Under the pieces are notes generated by a model. The model was given only the letters and a program-made list of their open reading frames with translations, ran no database searches and was not told the origin of the DNA. From the NCBI RefSeq assembly GCF_006345805.1, contig NC_042998.1, forward strand, positions 55,614,001 to 55,678,000: 64,000 nucleotides of DNA, written 5' to 3'. The translations under genes were made by a program, and so were the position numbers. This document shows, piece by piece, positions 52,320 through 64,000 of the stretch (positions within the stretch are counted from its first letter, which is position 1; each line of letters begins with the position of its first letter). The stretch comes from Octopus sinensis. Its lineage: Eukaryota.

Positions 52320-52570
52320 CGTATATCACGTGATCATGTGACCGACCAGGTTATCAGATGTCGTTACACATCACTGGTCACAATGTGCCTTTGCGTTGTT
52401 TTAGCCTTCAAATGACGCCACGCAGCTGGCTCGGTGAGCAGGCCAACATTCATCTCCTAATCGAGGGGGCGACTGGAGCAACGTGAAATGAAGTGTTTTG
52501 TTCAACACAACGCACCGCCCAATCAGGTCCAATAACCTAACCACTAGGCAACACGTCTTCGCAACACACA
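52320..52570 (-). mobile_element. SINE group C
   Basis: GACTGGAGCAACGTGAAATGAAGTG core. Confidence 0.8.
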
Positions 52571-52991
52571 CATAGGTTATATATACGTAAATACGACCAC
52601 AGACAAATGACTGAAACAAATAAAAGAATACACACACACACACACACATGCATGCATATGTAAGTATGTGGATTAATATCAAGTAACGGAAATAGGCACA
52701 CGAAATCTTAAGCAGACTCTCGTTCTGTTAAACTATCATCTATCGTTCAAGTTTATTTCCTAAGTACCTCTCCTATTCCGGAAATGTCACCTCAGAGCAC
52801 TTACTTCAAGATGTCTTTTGTTTTTGTCTTTAATATACATGATAATATAATTTAATATTTTGTCAATTAGTTGATATTTTACTCAAGTTCTAATCTTTGG
52901 TTTGCGTACTATAGAGCAAGAGACAAATGACCATTTAATACTGTGGAGCCCCGTTTGTGAATTCCCATCAAATATATATTTATTATATATC

Positions 52992-53242
<251 letters not shown>

Positions 53243-54160
53243 GCGTGAATACACCACTGGTCGAATTCTGAATGACAAAAGTGATGGAGAATAAGCAAGC
53301 TGTCTTTCAAATGAGACATTTAAAATTCTAGAAGAAAAATGGTGACGGTGATGATGATGATATTTTTTTTAAAAATTTACTGCAAAGTCATAAGAACATA
53401 TGTTAAAAAACTTATATTTTCTTCTAACATTACATTTTACAGCGTTTAATATTTATATATATTCAGTATTTAGCTTATAATATCTGCTTATAATTTCTGG
53501 CAATGAGAATATATTTATATCGCAAATCTCAAGAGCATTTCAAACGCAGGACCTCCACATGTTAGGGATTAACATGGTAAATTGTGTGGATTTGATAACC
53601 ACACGCTTATGTGTATACATGTGCGTGTGTTTCCGTGTGCCTGTTTTAAAATTGTATGTGTGTGTACAAGTGAGTGTGCATGTGTCTCTATGAATAATCT
53701 GTATGTTTGTGTAATTATATGCATGGATGTTTATATATATATCTATTTTCACGCGTGACGAGTATTTCTTTATTGGAATGTCAAATTTTTCCTTCTTATT
53801 TTAGTAGTTATTTAAGTATTAATAAATTTGCTGCTATGCGGCTGATCAATAACCAAAAGTTGATGTCTTGTTGATAAGAAACAGACAATTATCTGGACAA
53901 CTTTCAGTAGTCCCTTATTTGGTGTTTATTCACCCAGGATTCGATCCAATCCAAACAGCATCGATTAATCTCGAAAATACAAAATGCACTTAAGCTCCTG
54001 TTTTACAGGTTTGGGGAATAAACATTTCAGTTAGCAAAATCTTAGTGCATGAACACATTAAGTATTTCACATAACTTATCACTGAATAGAACATTGCATC
54101 CATTCTTTACCAAAATATTGTTCTGCAAAAAGAATTATTTGTAAAATGAGTAAAACTTAC

Positions 54161-54333
54161 TTAACTCTTCTGCCACTTTTGAAATTAAGTTATGTGTTGA
54201 GATAGTACAACCGTTGCCACTCGCGGGCGAGTTTGGCTTGATGGCATGTGCATACCAACATTTATTATTGTAGGCCTCTGTGTAACCTCGAGCAGACATA
54301 GAGATAATCTCGGCACCTTCTTCCTTCACCCCG
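54161..54333 (-). CDS. Candidate coding exon, unknown protein (GVKEEGAEIISMSARGYTEAYNNKCWYAHAIKPNSPASGNGCTISTHNLISKVAEEL)
   Basis: Pyrimidine-rich TTTAG acceptor, AA|GTAAGT donor, one open frame. It abuts a group C SINE and may be a SINE tail. Confidence 0.28.
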
Positions 54334-54829
54334 CTAAACATCAAGGATGTAGAATTGGAGCAGAGAGGCAGTCAGCTGGTACTCAATTCGAGCTAAGTTG
54401 ACTAGGGCAACGTGAAATGAAGGGCTTTACTCAAGGACGAAATGTGGTGACCGGTTTAGAAACTAAACCGTCAAGCTGAGAATTATATACCGAGCAACCT
54501 AATAACAGAGTCATGCGCCTTCACTAGAAACAAGTCAAACTTTTCTCAATTTGAAGTTTTAGTTTCAAGTTATTTTTTGCTCTTTTACATTAACTTTCGA
54601 AATTGTCTTATACTAGAGAGATTACGTACTTATGAATTCGCTTAGCGGCATATTTAGCTTGGAATCTATTTTCTTCAAGATTTATTTTACTTTTTTTACT
54701 GGGTTCATTACTAGGATAGTGGCTATGCTGAGGCATCGCCTTCAAGAGTTTTACTCTGTTTTATTAACTCAGTTCTTTTTCTCATGCCTAATTTATCTAA
54801 TCTCGTAAGCTGTGATTAGTTTAAATTCA

Positions 54830-55265
54830 TCATAACATTAATGGATGTAACTCGAACTAAATGTCACAAAATATTTTTGTTTGATCCAAGGTTATGGTTC
54901 TTAGTCATCCACGCCTTCGTATTTGAGCGCCAAATAAGATGTAAATTGAACTTAGCGTAACTCTTGAAAGTCTTAAGATTTTCAGAGTGGTACACAAGTA
55001 GGGGTTTTAATTTCATATCATTTGTGACATTTTCTTTCGAAGAAGTGTCAGAAAATTTTTGGAAGCTTTGAATGCTGGTGTTGATTTTGCTTCTTCAGAA
55101 ATTTGTCTTGCCAGGAATGAGCTTCAAGAAAAGAAGCTTTATGAACATTATATACCTGCTCTGGTATGTAGCCCCACTTTAGTAATTATCTGCTTCACCT
55201 GATCAGGATAATTTGAAGCAGCCTCTGTATCAGCGCTGTACCAGATATTTTTATGTTGTGCAAAT
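54830..55265 (-). pseudogene. Tigger/pogo-type DDE transposase fragment
   Basis: LHNIKISG/SADTEAASNYPDQVKQII/GYIPEQVYNV ... DMKLKPLLVYHSEN..SYAK..WRSNTKAWMT, colinear with Tigger1-type transposase. Frameshifted. Confidence 0.88.
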
Positions 55266-55501
55266 ACATACATACATACATATATACATACATATTTGCA
55301 GAAGTAAAATATTTCCTTTTATATATAATATATTCTACTGCTGTATTGAGTACTGTACAATTTGGGTGCATATTCTTTTAAATCAATAGAAAGAAACTAT
55401 TGATATCACAAATGTTTGTGTGTATGTATGAATAAATACATGTATGTATATGTATATTTCTATATCTATCAATATACATATATATTTACATATATATACA
55501 T

Positions 55502-55569
<68 letters not shown>

Positions 55570-55968
55570 ATATATATATATACATATATATATATAATAT
55601 ATATATACATATAATATATATATATATATTATATATATATATTATATATATATATATTATATATATATATGTTTGTATGTATGTATGTATGTATATGTAT
55701 ATTCTTTTAGTGCAACTTAAACTTTAAATTGCGCGACAAATAACCAGAATTTAGAATTGCATGTCAGTTCCCATTTTCACAATTGTTAATTCTAACATTT
55801 CTTCAATCTAATGTTACGTAAAAAGGTTAAACGTCTCTGACGATTTGGCAATAGGTCTCGATTGTGTAATTTACATCATTTAACTAAAAATCACCTTGTG
55901 TTAATGAAATGCACCTTAAACACTGAAACTGAAAATCTTATAAACAAACTCATGTTTCGTTTTAAATA

Positions 55969-57213
55969 TACGAGAAGCCATGAATTATACACACACTTGT
56001 TACAGTAAATTCATTAAAACAAAAGCGAGATTTGAAAAGTTACATCATTTTTCGACTGAGTCACCATCAGAGAAGGAAGTTTTCGGCTAGTCACCCAGCC
56101 ATTTATGCCTCGCCTCCTGCGTTTCTTGATACGTAGCAAATCGAGGACCTCGTAAATGATTTTTGAGCGGTCTAAAAAGGTGAAAGGTCTGAAGGGGCGA
56201 GATCTGGACTGTTTGCAGGGTGCTTCAGTAACTCGAAACCCAATTTCTCTATATTTTCAACGGTGTGGACAGCTGTAGCCGTATGGTCGTGCAACAATAA
56301 CACTAGCTTTGGCAATAGATCTTGGCGTTTGGTGCGAATTGCCGGTTTCAGATTGCTGACCAGCATTTCACTGTAGTCTTCACTGGTGACTGCAGACTTC
56401 ATTCACTGGTAATGTTGCAATATAAGCCCTTTTGCGTCCCCCAAAACGGTTAGCATCACTTTTTTCTGCGGAAGGTTGAGTCTTGAATTTCTTTTGCTGG
56501 CGATTCCTGGAGTTTTCACTACATATTCTACTTTTTATATTCTGGCTAAAAGTGATGAACCCAGGCCCCAATTCCTGTGACTAGTTCCTCCAAAAATGCT
56601 TGGTCTTCATCGATGTAGCGGTCGAGTAAGCGTTGACAGATCGCCACAAGGTTGCACTTATGCGCTTTGATAAGCTCTCTTCGCATCCAGCTTGCACAGA
56701 TTGCGGAAGTGAATTTTGTCGTGGTTGATTTTTGTATACAGAACCATGGTTAATTTGCAGAGAACATGCCATCTCAACGATTGTGACTCAACGGTTCACC
56801 AAAAGCATCACTCGAGCTTGTTGAATCTTCACGTCAGTGGTGCACGTTGAGCAGCGTACTCCCTCTTCACACTTTAGGCTTATCCGGCCATTTTTAAACT
56901 TCTCGATCCACTCATACTTCCACACAGTAGATCGCTCACTCCGTCTTGTACTGATAGCCTACGATGAATTTCAGCCCCTGATACACCTCCAAACCACAGA
57001 AATAGGATCACTGATCTCTGTACTATCTTGGTGTATATTGCCAACAGGGTGGCCATTTTAGTCTGTAACACAAGAAAGAAAACTGGAGCGATGTATCCCA
57101 AACTCCGGTTATGTAACCACAAGAATACCAACTTTTATCATGCGAACGCTGAAGGCAGTGCAGCCAGTTTAAAGAACGTTTTGGTGAAAGTGCGGATAAT
57201 TTTTGACTACCCC
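55969..57213 (-). mobile_element. Degenerate near full-length mariner
   Basis: QRSVILFLW.GVSGAEIHRRLS N-terminus; LLLHDH..VHTVE..LGFELLKHPANSPDLAPSD. AAGGGTAGTCAAAAATTATCCGCAC end near 57190-57213 and a weak counterpart at 55969. Confidence 0.85.
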
Positions 57214-57256
<43 letters not shown>

Positions 57257-57414
57257 CACGAGTCTATGTGTGTGTTTGATAGATATTGTGTATAAAGGGT
57301 GCAGCGTTGCACCGATAACCAGCTGGTGGAAGATCTGCCTGGGTTTAAACTAGTAATAACATGGAACTTTGATGTGGCGATTGACTTTATTTGTATATAT
57401 ATATATTATATATA

Positions 57415-57468
<54 letters not shown>

Positions 57469-58450
57469 TTACTAACACACACACTCATACGCACAAGTCT
57501 TTCATTGACCCAAACAAGTAAAGAGATTCATGCTTAAGGTGCCGGAAGAGTGAGATCAAACTCAGATCTAAGATGATATTCAATAAACTTCTTAACCGCA
57601 TAGTCACTCATTAAATTTCATATTTATTTCTATAATCAATATTCAGGTGAGTTTAGATTATCAGTTGAAGAACGTGTGGGAAAAGAATTATTTCACTTAT
57701 GCAATTTAGTCCAGTATTTCTCATAGGGAGGTATCCCACCGTCTAATAGAACCTCTGAGAATTGAAAAATGGGCGGACAAATTTCCGTATTTAATAAAAC
57801 AAACATGTTAAAATGTTTTTTCTGCTTAAGCACTTATAATAACAAAATACAGAAATCGTTTACAGGTGGAAGGTGATATGTGACTTTCCTTCACAAATGT
57901 TCGACCCAGATTCATTAGATGTAATAATATTGGTTTCAAACTTTTGGTACAAGGTCAGCAATTTCGGGGAGGGGTAAGTCGATTACATCGATCCAGTACT
58001 CAACTGGTACTTATTTCATGGATACCGAAAGGGATGAAAGGCAAAGTCGACATCGACAGAATTTGAACTCAGCACGTATAGACGGACGAAACGCTGCTTA
58101 GCATTTTGCCCGGCGTGTTAGCGGTTCAGCCTGCTCGCAGCTTTTAATATATTATTTTAAGTTTTTTTCCGCCGAGGTTTACTTTATCTTTCATCCTTTC
58201 GGGGTTGATAAATTAAGTAACAGTTGAGCACTGAGGCTGATGTAATCAACTTAACTCCTCCTTGAAATTGCTGGCCTCGTGCCAAAATATGAAAACAATA
58301 CTATTTTAAGGTTTTGTTTCAGCTGGTTATCGGTGCGACGCTGCACCCTTTATATACAATATATATTGCTAGCAGGAGAGCGAACCCCAACCATCTTCCA
58401 GCAAACAGCAGGATCGCGAGACTGTCTCAGTTTCGAGCTGGTTGACTCAC

Positions 58451-58601
58451 CCTCAGTCGCGAACACCTGTTCACCAGGGCGATTGCCAAGGTCTTCCATC
58501 TGCCTGATTCTGCTGGGATCACCATGACTACAGAGCAATGAAGGATGTTTAGCTGCTCTTTCTATTAACTCTAACGACCGTCTATAGCGGCCTTGTGCAA
58601 A
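58451..58601 (-). CDS. Candidate coding exon, unknown protein (FAQGRYRRSLELIERAAKHPSLLCSHGDPSRIRQMEDLGNRPGEQVFATE)
   Basis: CTAAC branch motif, pyrimidine tract and CAG acceptor; GAGG|GTGAGT donor. 151 nt, phase 0 to 1, only one open frame, in-frame stop just upstream, GC-rich relative to flanks. Confidence 0.48.
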
Positions 58602-58729
58602 CTGTGGCGGAACGAAAAGTTAGCTTGAATTGTTTTAGTTGTACTGCCCTACTAGTGATGAGTCATGTCTCATGCATCTCGCTTCTCGAAAATGAATGCC
58701 AATGGTTAATGCAGAAGCTTACTCATCGA

Positions 58730-58962
58730 AAGGCGGCGAGCTGGCAGAATAGTTAGCACGCCGGGCGAAATACTTAGCAGTATTTCGTCTGCCGCTACGT
58801 GATGAGTTCAAATTCCGCCGAGGTCGACTTTGCCTTTCATCCTTTCGGGGTCGATTAAATAAGTACCAGTTACGCACTGGGGTCGATATAATCGACTTAA
58901 TCCCTTTGTCTGTCCTTGTTTGTCCCATCTGTATTTAGCCCTTTGTGGGCAATAAAGAAATA
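58730..58962 (+). mobile_element. Full-length SINE group B with 17-bp target-site duplication
   Basis: AGAAGCTTACTCATCGA (58713-58729) and AGAAGCTTCCTCATCGA (58963-58979). Confidence 0.95.
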
Positions 58963-59514
58963 AGAAGCTTCCTCATCGACTTTTAAGTATCTGTTATAGG
59001 ATCATCTTAGAATATTTGATGCTGTATTGTGAACACAGAATATCATGAGAGTGACATCGGATGTCAGAAGCACCTGACTGTGTCACTGAGAACCAAAATT
59101 GTCAGAATGTTAAAGGTACTTTAATGTTTTTGGTACCCTTCAGACGACAATTTATTTTTGTTTTAATAAAGTATCAAATTATCATTAGAGTGGCCCTTTA
59201 ACAGCCACGTGTAATGATGCGTAACATAGATAAACTTTGAATAGAAAATAAAATTCAGTCAAACCGCGCAAATCACAGCCGACTGTACTATAAAGAAATA
59301 AATAAAAACATTGGATAACTTAATCATAATATAACACGATACAGCTGTGTTCCTCCACACAAAAGAGGGAATGGTTACGGCTGGAACGTATTTGCTCATA
59401 GGTCTGCTTGTTCAGAGATGACCCGGGGTTAAACAAGAATAACAACGTCTTTTCTGTATACATTGGTGAAGTGGACAATTTTCAAACTTAAAATTGTATG
59501 TAAACAAACAATAC

Positions 59515-59681
59515 AGTAGTAGTAGTAGTATAGTAGTAGTAGTAGTAGTAGTGGTGGTAGTGGTGGTGGTGGTGGTGGTGGTAATAGTATTATTATTATT
59601 ATTATTATCAATTATTATTATTATTATTATTATTATTGGTGGTAGTAGTAGTAGTAGTAGTGTAGTAGTAGTAGTAGCAGC

Positions 59682-59725
<44 letters not shown>

Positions 59726-59735
59726 CAGCAGCAGC

Positions 59736-59775
<40 letters not shown>

Positions 59776-59841
59776 TTGGTGGTGGTGTTGGTGGTGGTGG
59801 TTGTGGTGCTGCTGCTACTGATGATGATGATGATGAGGGGG

Positions 59842-59881
<40 letters not shown>
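59515..59881 (+). repeat. Mosaic trinucleotide array (AGT/GGT/ATT/AGC/GAT)
   Basis: Read directly. Confidence 0.97.
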
Positions 59882-60101
59882 ACGGAAGAAAACGAGAGAA
59901 GCAGACGGGAAATGTACGGAGAGAGAAAGATTAACTGGAGAAAATGATGATGGGGATAAGAAGAATATAAAAATAAACAGACATGTAACGTGCGCGTGCG
60001 TGCGAGTGCGTGCGTGCGTGTGCGTGTGTGTGCGTGTGTGTGTGCGTTTGTGTGTGTGTAAGGTCTAAGCTGAATTTGAAATGTTTTTATTATTTATTCA
60101 G

Positions 60102-60248
60102 AGTGTAATGGTTTATCCAGACGTAATCGTTGACCTCTTATCCTCCCAAATGGGATTTGAAAGAATGAAAGAATGCATGAGAATGTATCTGGAATCAGCA
60201 TACCAAGAATTTGATACTAAAGATCTCGGCTTGTTACACATCAATATG
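60102..60248 (+). CDS. Candidate coding exon or hAT fossil (SVMVYPDVIVDLLSSQMGFERMKECMRMYLESAYQEFDTKDLGLLHINM)
   Basis: TTTTTATTATTTATTCAG acceptor, ATG|GTAGGT donor, 147 nt, phase 0-0. Homology is ambiguous (see findings). Confidence 0.38.
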
Positions 60249-60556
60249 GTAGGTTGAGCAATGATTTGCGTCTTTTCCTCGCCGCATAATTATTTTTTGC
60301 TGGTCTTGTGATGCTTAATGCAAACGGAGGACCTCTTTGAGAAATTATTTCAGTGATTAATTAACTTTTTGGAGGTATTTTATGCAAAGTATCGAAGCAA
60401 TCATTTCTTCCGTCTATTACAAATAGCAACCAAATCTCGCCTTAATTACATTCTAATGTCTTATAAAGGGAAGGAGGCATATTCGTACTGTATACAAAAT
60501 GGATTCAAATTGGATACAAATATGGTCTGAATGCAAAATCACCCTAAAAAGAAAAA

Positions 60557-60937
60557 GAAAATACATTAAGTTGACAATATGTTCACAGCAATAATATCTT
60601 TCCGCCGAGGTTGACTTTGCCTTTCCATCCTTTCGGGGTCGATTAAATAAGTACCAGTTACGCGCTGGGATCGTTGTAATTGACTTTATCCTTTTGTCTG
60701 TCCTTGTTTGTACCCTCTATGTTTAGTCCCTGTGGGCAATAAAGAAATAAATATTTTTGTTCAGTTAGGACTGCCTTGGGGCTTAATAATAATCTGTTAC
60801 AAAAGGATAAAGTCGATTGCAACGATCCCAGCGCGTAACTGGTGCTTATTTAATCGACCCCGAAAGGATAAAAGGCAAAGTCGACCTCGTGGAAAGATAT
60901 TGTTGCTGTGAACATATTGTCAACTTAATGTATTTTC
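60557..60937. repeat. Fold-back inverted duplication (~140-bp arms, ~101-bp spacer) of a truncated SINE B plus unique flank
   Basis: 60557-60697 is the reverse complement of 60799-60937. Both arms carry the private variant CGCGCTGGGATCGTTG and 45 bp of non-SINE flank. Confidence 0.92.
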
Positions 60938-62237
60938 CTCGTTGGAACCATATCGAGAGTTACTAAGTGGATGTACAAAATCAAAGTTAAGTTCTGTCTT
61001 ACGTATTGTCGTATACTTTATTTTCCATCTCAACAAATATACGTCGTGCTTTCCTCTTATCGATGCCTAAGCCTCTATTCCTGTATTTTTACATCTACCA
61101 ACTACATAGCTTTACACAAATGCACATATACATGCTGGCAAATAAAAATATAGGCATATATATAAATACGAATTGTTTTATTTGTTTCAGTCATGAGTCT
61201 GTGACAATGCTGAAGCACTCCCTTGAGAAATTTTAGTCGAACGAATCGACCCCTGTACTTATTTTTTGAAAGTCTGGTGCGTATTCTATCAGAAACTCAG
61301 TCAAACTGCTATGTTATCGGGACGTAAGTACACCAACATCGGTTGCTAAGTAGCGGTTGAGACACACACATACTCATATATATATGATATGTGTGTGTGT
61401 GTGTGTGAGTGTGTGTGTTCTTTTATTGTTTAACTTGTTTCAGTCATTGACTGCGGCCATACATACACGAGGTCTGTGTGTTGTTAAGTCGTCGGGCGGA
61501 TTCATTTGCTAGGTCCTTAAACCATTGAGCATATAGCCATAGCCGGTAAGCAAACCCCTGTTTGGTACGTAGTATAGATAAGTCAAAACAATGACGAAAC
61601 ATCGATGTCTGTCACTTTGACTTACTTTCAAATGTTTTTACACCGGCGGCATTGAGAATATATTCTCTTACGCATAAAAAACGCAGCTGCCCAACAAACT
61701 AAAAACAGATACACCTTGAGTATGAGCGTTTCATTTTGTTTATATATGTGTGTGTGTAATGTGTACGACGAGGTTCTTTCAGTTTCCGTTCTCCAAATCC
61801 ATTTACAAGGCTTGGCTCGGCCTGAAGCCATAGTAGAAGACACTTGCCCAAGGTCCCACGCAATAGGGCTGAACCTGGAACCATGTGGTTGGGAACCCAG
61901 CTTCTTACCACCCAGCTACACCTGTTTCTATAACCGACATCCACCACACTCACGCACGCGCGCACACACACATACATATTGATGATGAAGCATGCTAAAA
62001 TTGTAGTCAAAACCCCTCATTATTAACAATTTTAACCTTTATGGGTTTATTTTTACCCATGCTAAGGCAGTGATATTATTATAAACAATAATATCCTTAT
62101 AACATTTATATATATATATATGTGTGTGTGAGTGTGTGTCTGTGTGTCTGTGTGTCTGTGTGTCTGTGTGTGTCTGCGTGCGTATCTGTGTATATATAAA
62201 CTCACTCACATAGACACATATACGCATTCATCCGCAC

Positions 62238-62510
62238 ACACAAGGTAGTATCAGTAAATCCCTGGACCATGCCTTAAAAGTTTGTTACAAGCACGCCAAT
62301 TAATAATGTATTTTATATATCATTTATATTCAGGCACCATCCTCTTCGAAATAGTCCCTTGGGAACGTTCACAGCCACCCCAGCGGGTTTTCCAAGCCTC
62401 AAAAATACGATGGGAATCCTCTTTCTGATGACTGTCCAATGCCGCCAACAATTCTGTTTGACTTCCATATACCGTCTCGTACTGGCGCCCTTCCAGCTTC
62501 AGTTTCATAT
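62238..62510 (-). mobile_element. Mariner 3' fragment
   Basis: KLEGRQYETV..HRIFEAWKTRW..CERSQG resembles the mariner C-terminus. A TIR-like end lies at 62238. Confidence 0.7.
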
Positions 62511-62899
62511 TGAAAGACTTACCAAAGTCACAAGAGGATTGGTCAGACTAACACCGTGGTTGTTGAACAACTACTATTGTATGTATGTGTGTGTGAGTGT
62601 GTGTTTGTATATATGTGTGTACATATATGTGTGTATAAGTCTGTGTGTATAAGTCTGTGTGTACATTTGTGTGTTTGCGTGTGTGCAGAGAGGCAGAGAA
62701 AGGAGGAAATTACATGGTACTCGATCAGCACGGTTATGAATTTGGTCCTTTTCTAGTTTATTTTTTCCTTTTTGTGTTACGTATACAAAAATACTACTTT
62801 GTCATTTCCGCTTCGGTTTGTCATCCTTTCTTCCTTTTTACTTTTATTTCACTTCTTCAACAGTAAGGCAGATCACATTCTAAACCAGTCATAAGCAAC

Positions 62900-63170
62900 C
62901 AAGCAGACCACGAGACTTGAATGGCGCATCAATAAAAAATAACTTGAATGGTTTTTAGTAGTGCTGCTCGCCTGATGATGAACAATGTCTCATGCGGCCG
63001 CTTCTCGGAAAAAGGTAACCCATGCCTGTTCCACAAACCACTACGCCGACTTTTTCCCAGCTTCGTTCCGCAGAACATTGACCCTATGGAATTCCATCAA
63101 TGTACATGTTTTGCTATAGGCGACAGCATACGATTGTCATGTTGTAAAGTTTACTACGGCCATCTTAACG
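62900..63170 (+). pseudogene. Eroded LINE ORF2 C-terminus (CR1/Jockey group)
   Basis: TNHYADFFP..RTLTLWNSI..YD..VKF resembles RTxxY..SFFPRTxxLWNSLP..FK. Confidence 0.5.
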
Positions 63171-63224
63171 CTCTGGAAAGCCTGAGAAGCTCATGGGTAC
63201 ATTTTCTCCCCCGTGGAAACCTGA

Positions 63225-63450
63225 TAAAAGTTTGCTTCCCGACCACATGTTTTCGGGTTCAGTCCCACTGCATGGCACCTTCAGCAAGTGTCTTCTACTA
63301 TAGCCTTGGGCCAACCAAAGCCTTGTGACTGGACTTTGTAAATGGAAACTGAAAGAAGCCCATTATATATGTGTGTGTGTCTGTTTTTGTGTTTGCGTGC
63401 GTGCGTGCGTTTGTCTTCCGTCATTGCTTGACAACTGTTTATGATCTGGA
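63225..63450 (+). mobile_element. SINE group A, 5' part
   Basis: GGGTTCAGTCCCACTGCATGGCACC...AAACTGAAAGAAGCCC. Confidence 0.88.
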
Positions 63451-63454
63451 ATCC

Positions 63455-64000
63455 CAGTGTGATTTTAGAAGGCGGAGAAGTACGATTGATATGATATTCT
63501 CGGTTAAGAAACCTCAGGAAAATTGTATCGAACAAAGAATGACTCTATTTCAAGTGTTTGTTAGATTGACGAAGTGAAACCCTTTGGAAAATTCTGAGGG
63601 AACGCTGGTGCCAAAAAAGTTTGTGACAATTCTATTTCAATTCTATTTCAAGTGTTTGTTAACTTGACGAAGGTGTTTGACACAATAAACTCTTTGGAAA
63701 ATTCTGAGGGAACGCGGGTGTCAAAAAACGTTTGTGACAATTCTTCGTCAATTTCATGACGACAACACGAAGGCTTGGGTGAATGTTAGTGGAAATGTAT
63801 CTGATCCTGTTGCTTTGAATAATGGTGTCAAACAAGGCGGTATTCCAGAGCTAACATTGTGTTTACTGTATTTTACAATGGTATTTGTAATGGCTTTTAC
63901 CGAATGTCTATATGGATTATATGTCAGGTTTCGTACATTTGGGAAACTTGTATTGGAAAATGAGTGATGTTGAAGGCCTTGAAAAATTTCACTGTCGAAG
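63455..64000 (+). pseudogene. RTE-clade reverse transcriptase fragment with an internal ~100-bp tandem duplication
   Basis: ESQCDFRRRRSTIDMIFS..QENCIEQ..VFV.LTKVFDTI..LWKIL...LRQFHD...NGVKQG. Confidence 0.88.

Noticed and set aside
55052-55163. Convincing-looking plus-strand exon (KFLEALNAGVDF...HYIPAL|GTATGT)
   Set aside because: It is the antisense frame of the Tigger/pogo transposase fossil. This shows how easily false exons arise here.
59494-59934. 146-aa poly-V/I/S ORF
   Set aside because: Trinucleotide mosaic.

Overview
AT-rich, repeat-dense eukaryotic DNA, intronic or intergenic. The tRNA-headed SINE families, (AAT)n/(TA)n load and transposon mix suggest an octopod cephalopod; this is inferred from recalled repeat families, not from a search. 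No complete host gene can be supported. Nearly all ORF-track entries are microsatellite artefacts or transposon fossils. Three isolated segments with good splice signals (58451-58601 -, 60102-60248 +, 54161-54333 -) are only candidate exons. The window contains three SINE groups (about 35 copies or fragments), at least 5 Tc1/mariner/pogo remnants, 3 non-autonomous Helitron-like elements, three distinct R4/Dong-clade LINE 3' ends embedded in (AAT)n, CR1-, RTE- and other LINE fragments, and several Penelope-like element (PLE) remnants. The most notable items are: (1) a near-perfect 336-bp palindrome carrying a complete type I hammerhead ribozyme on each strand, plus a second minimal hammerhead in another palindrome; (2) a CR1 3' tail that shares a stem-loop with the main SINE, with a compensatory base-pair change; (3) a ~560-bp non-coding element without a tRNA head that sits in (AAT)n and has undergone a near-identical tandem triplication; (4) several fold-back inversions that could form dsRNA. 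These are mostly new instances of known classes, and I found no demonstrably new biological system. Boundaries of degenerate repeats are approximate (tens of bp).
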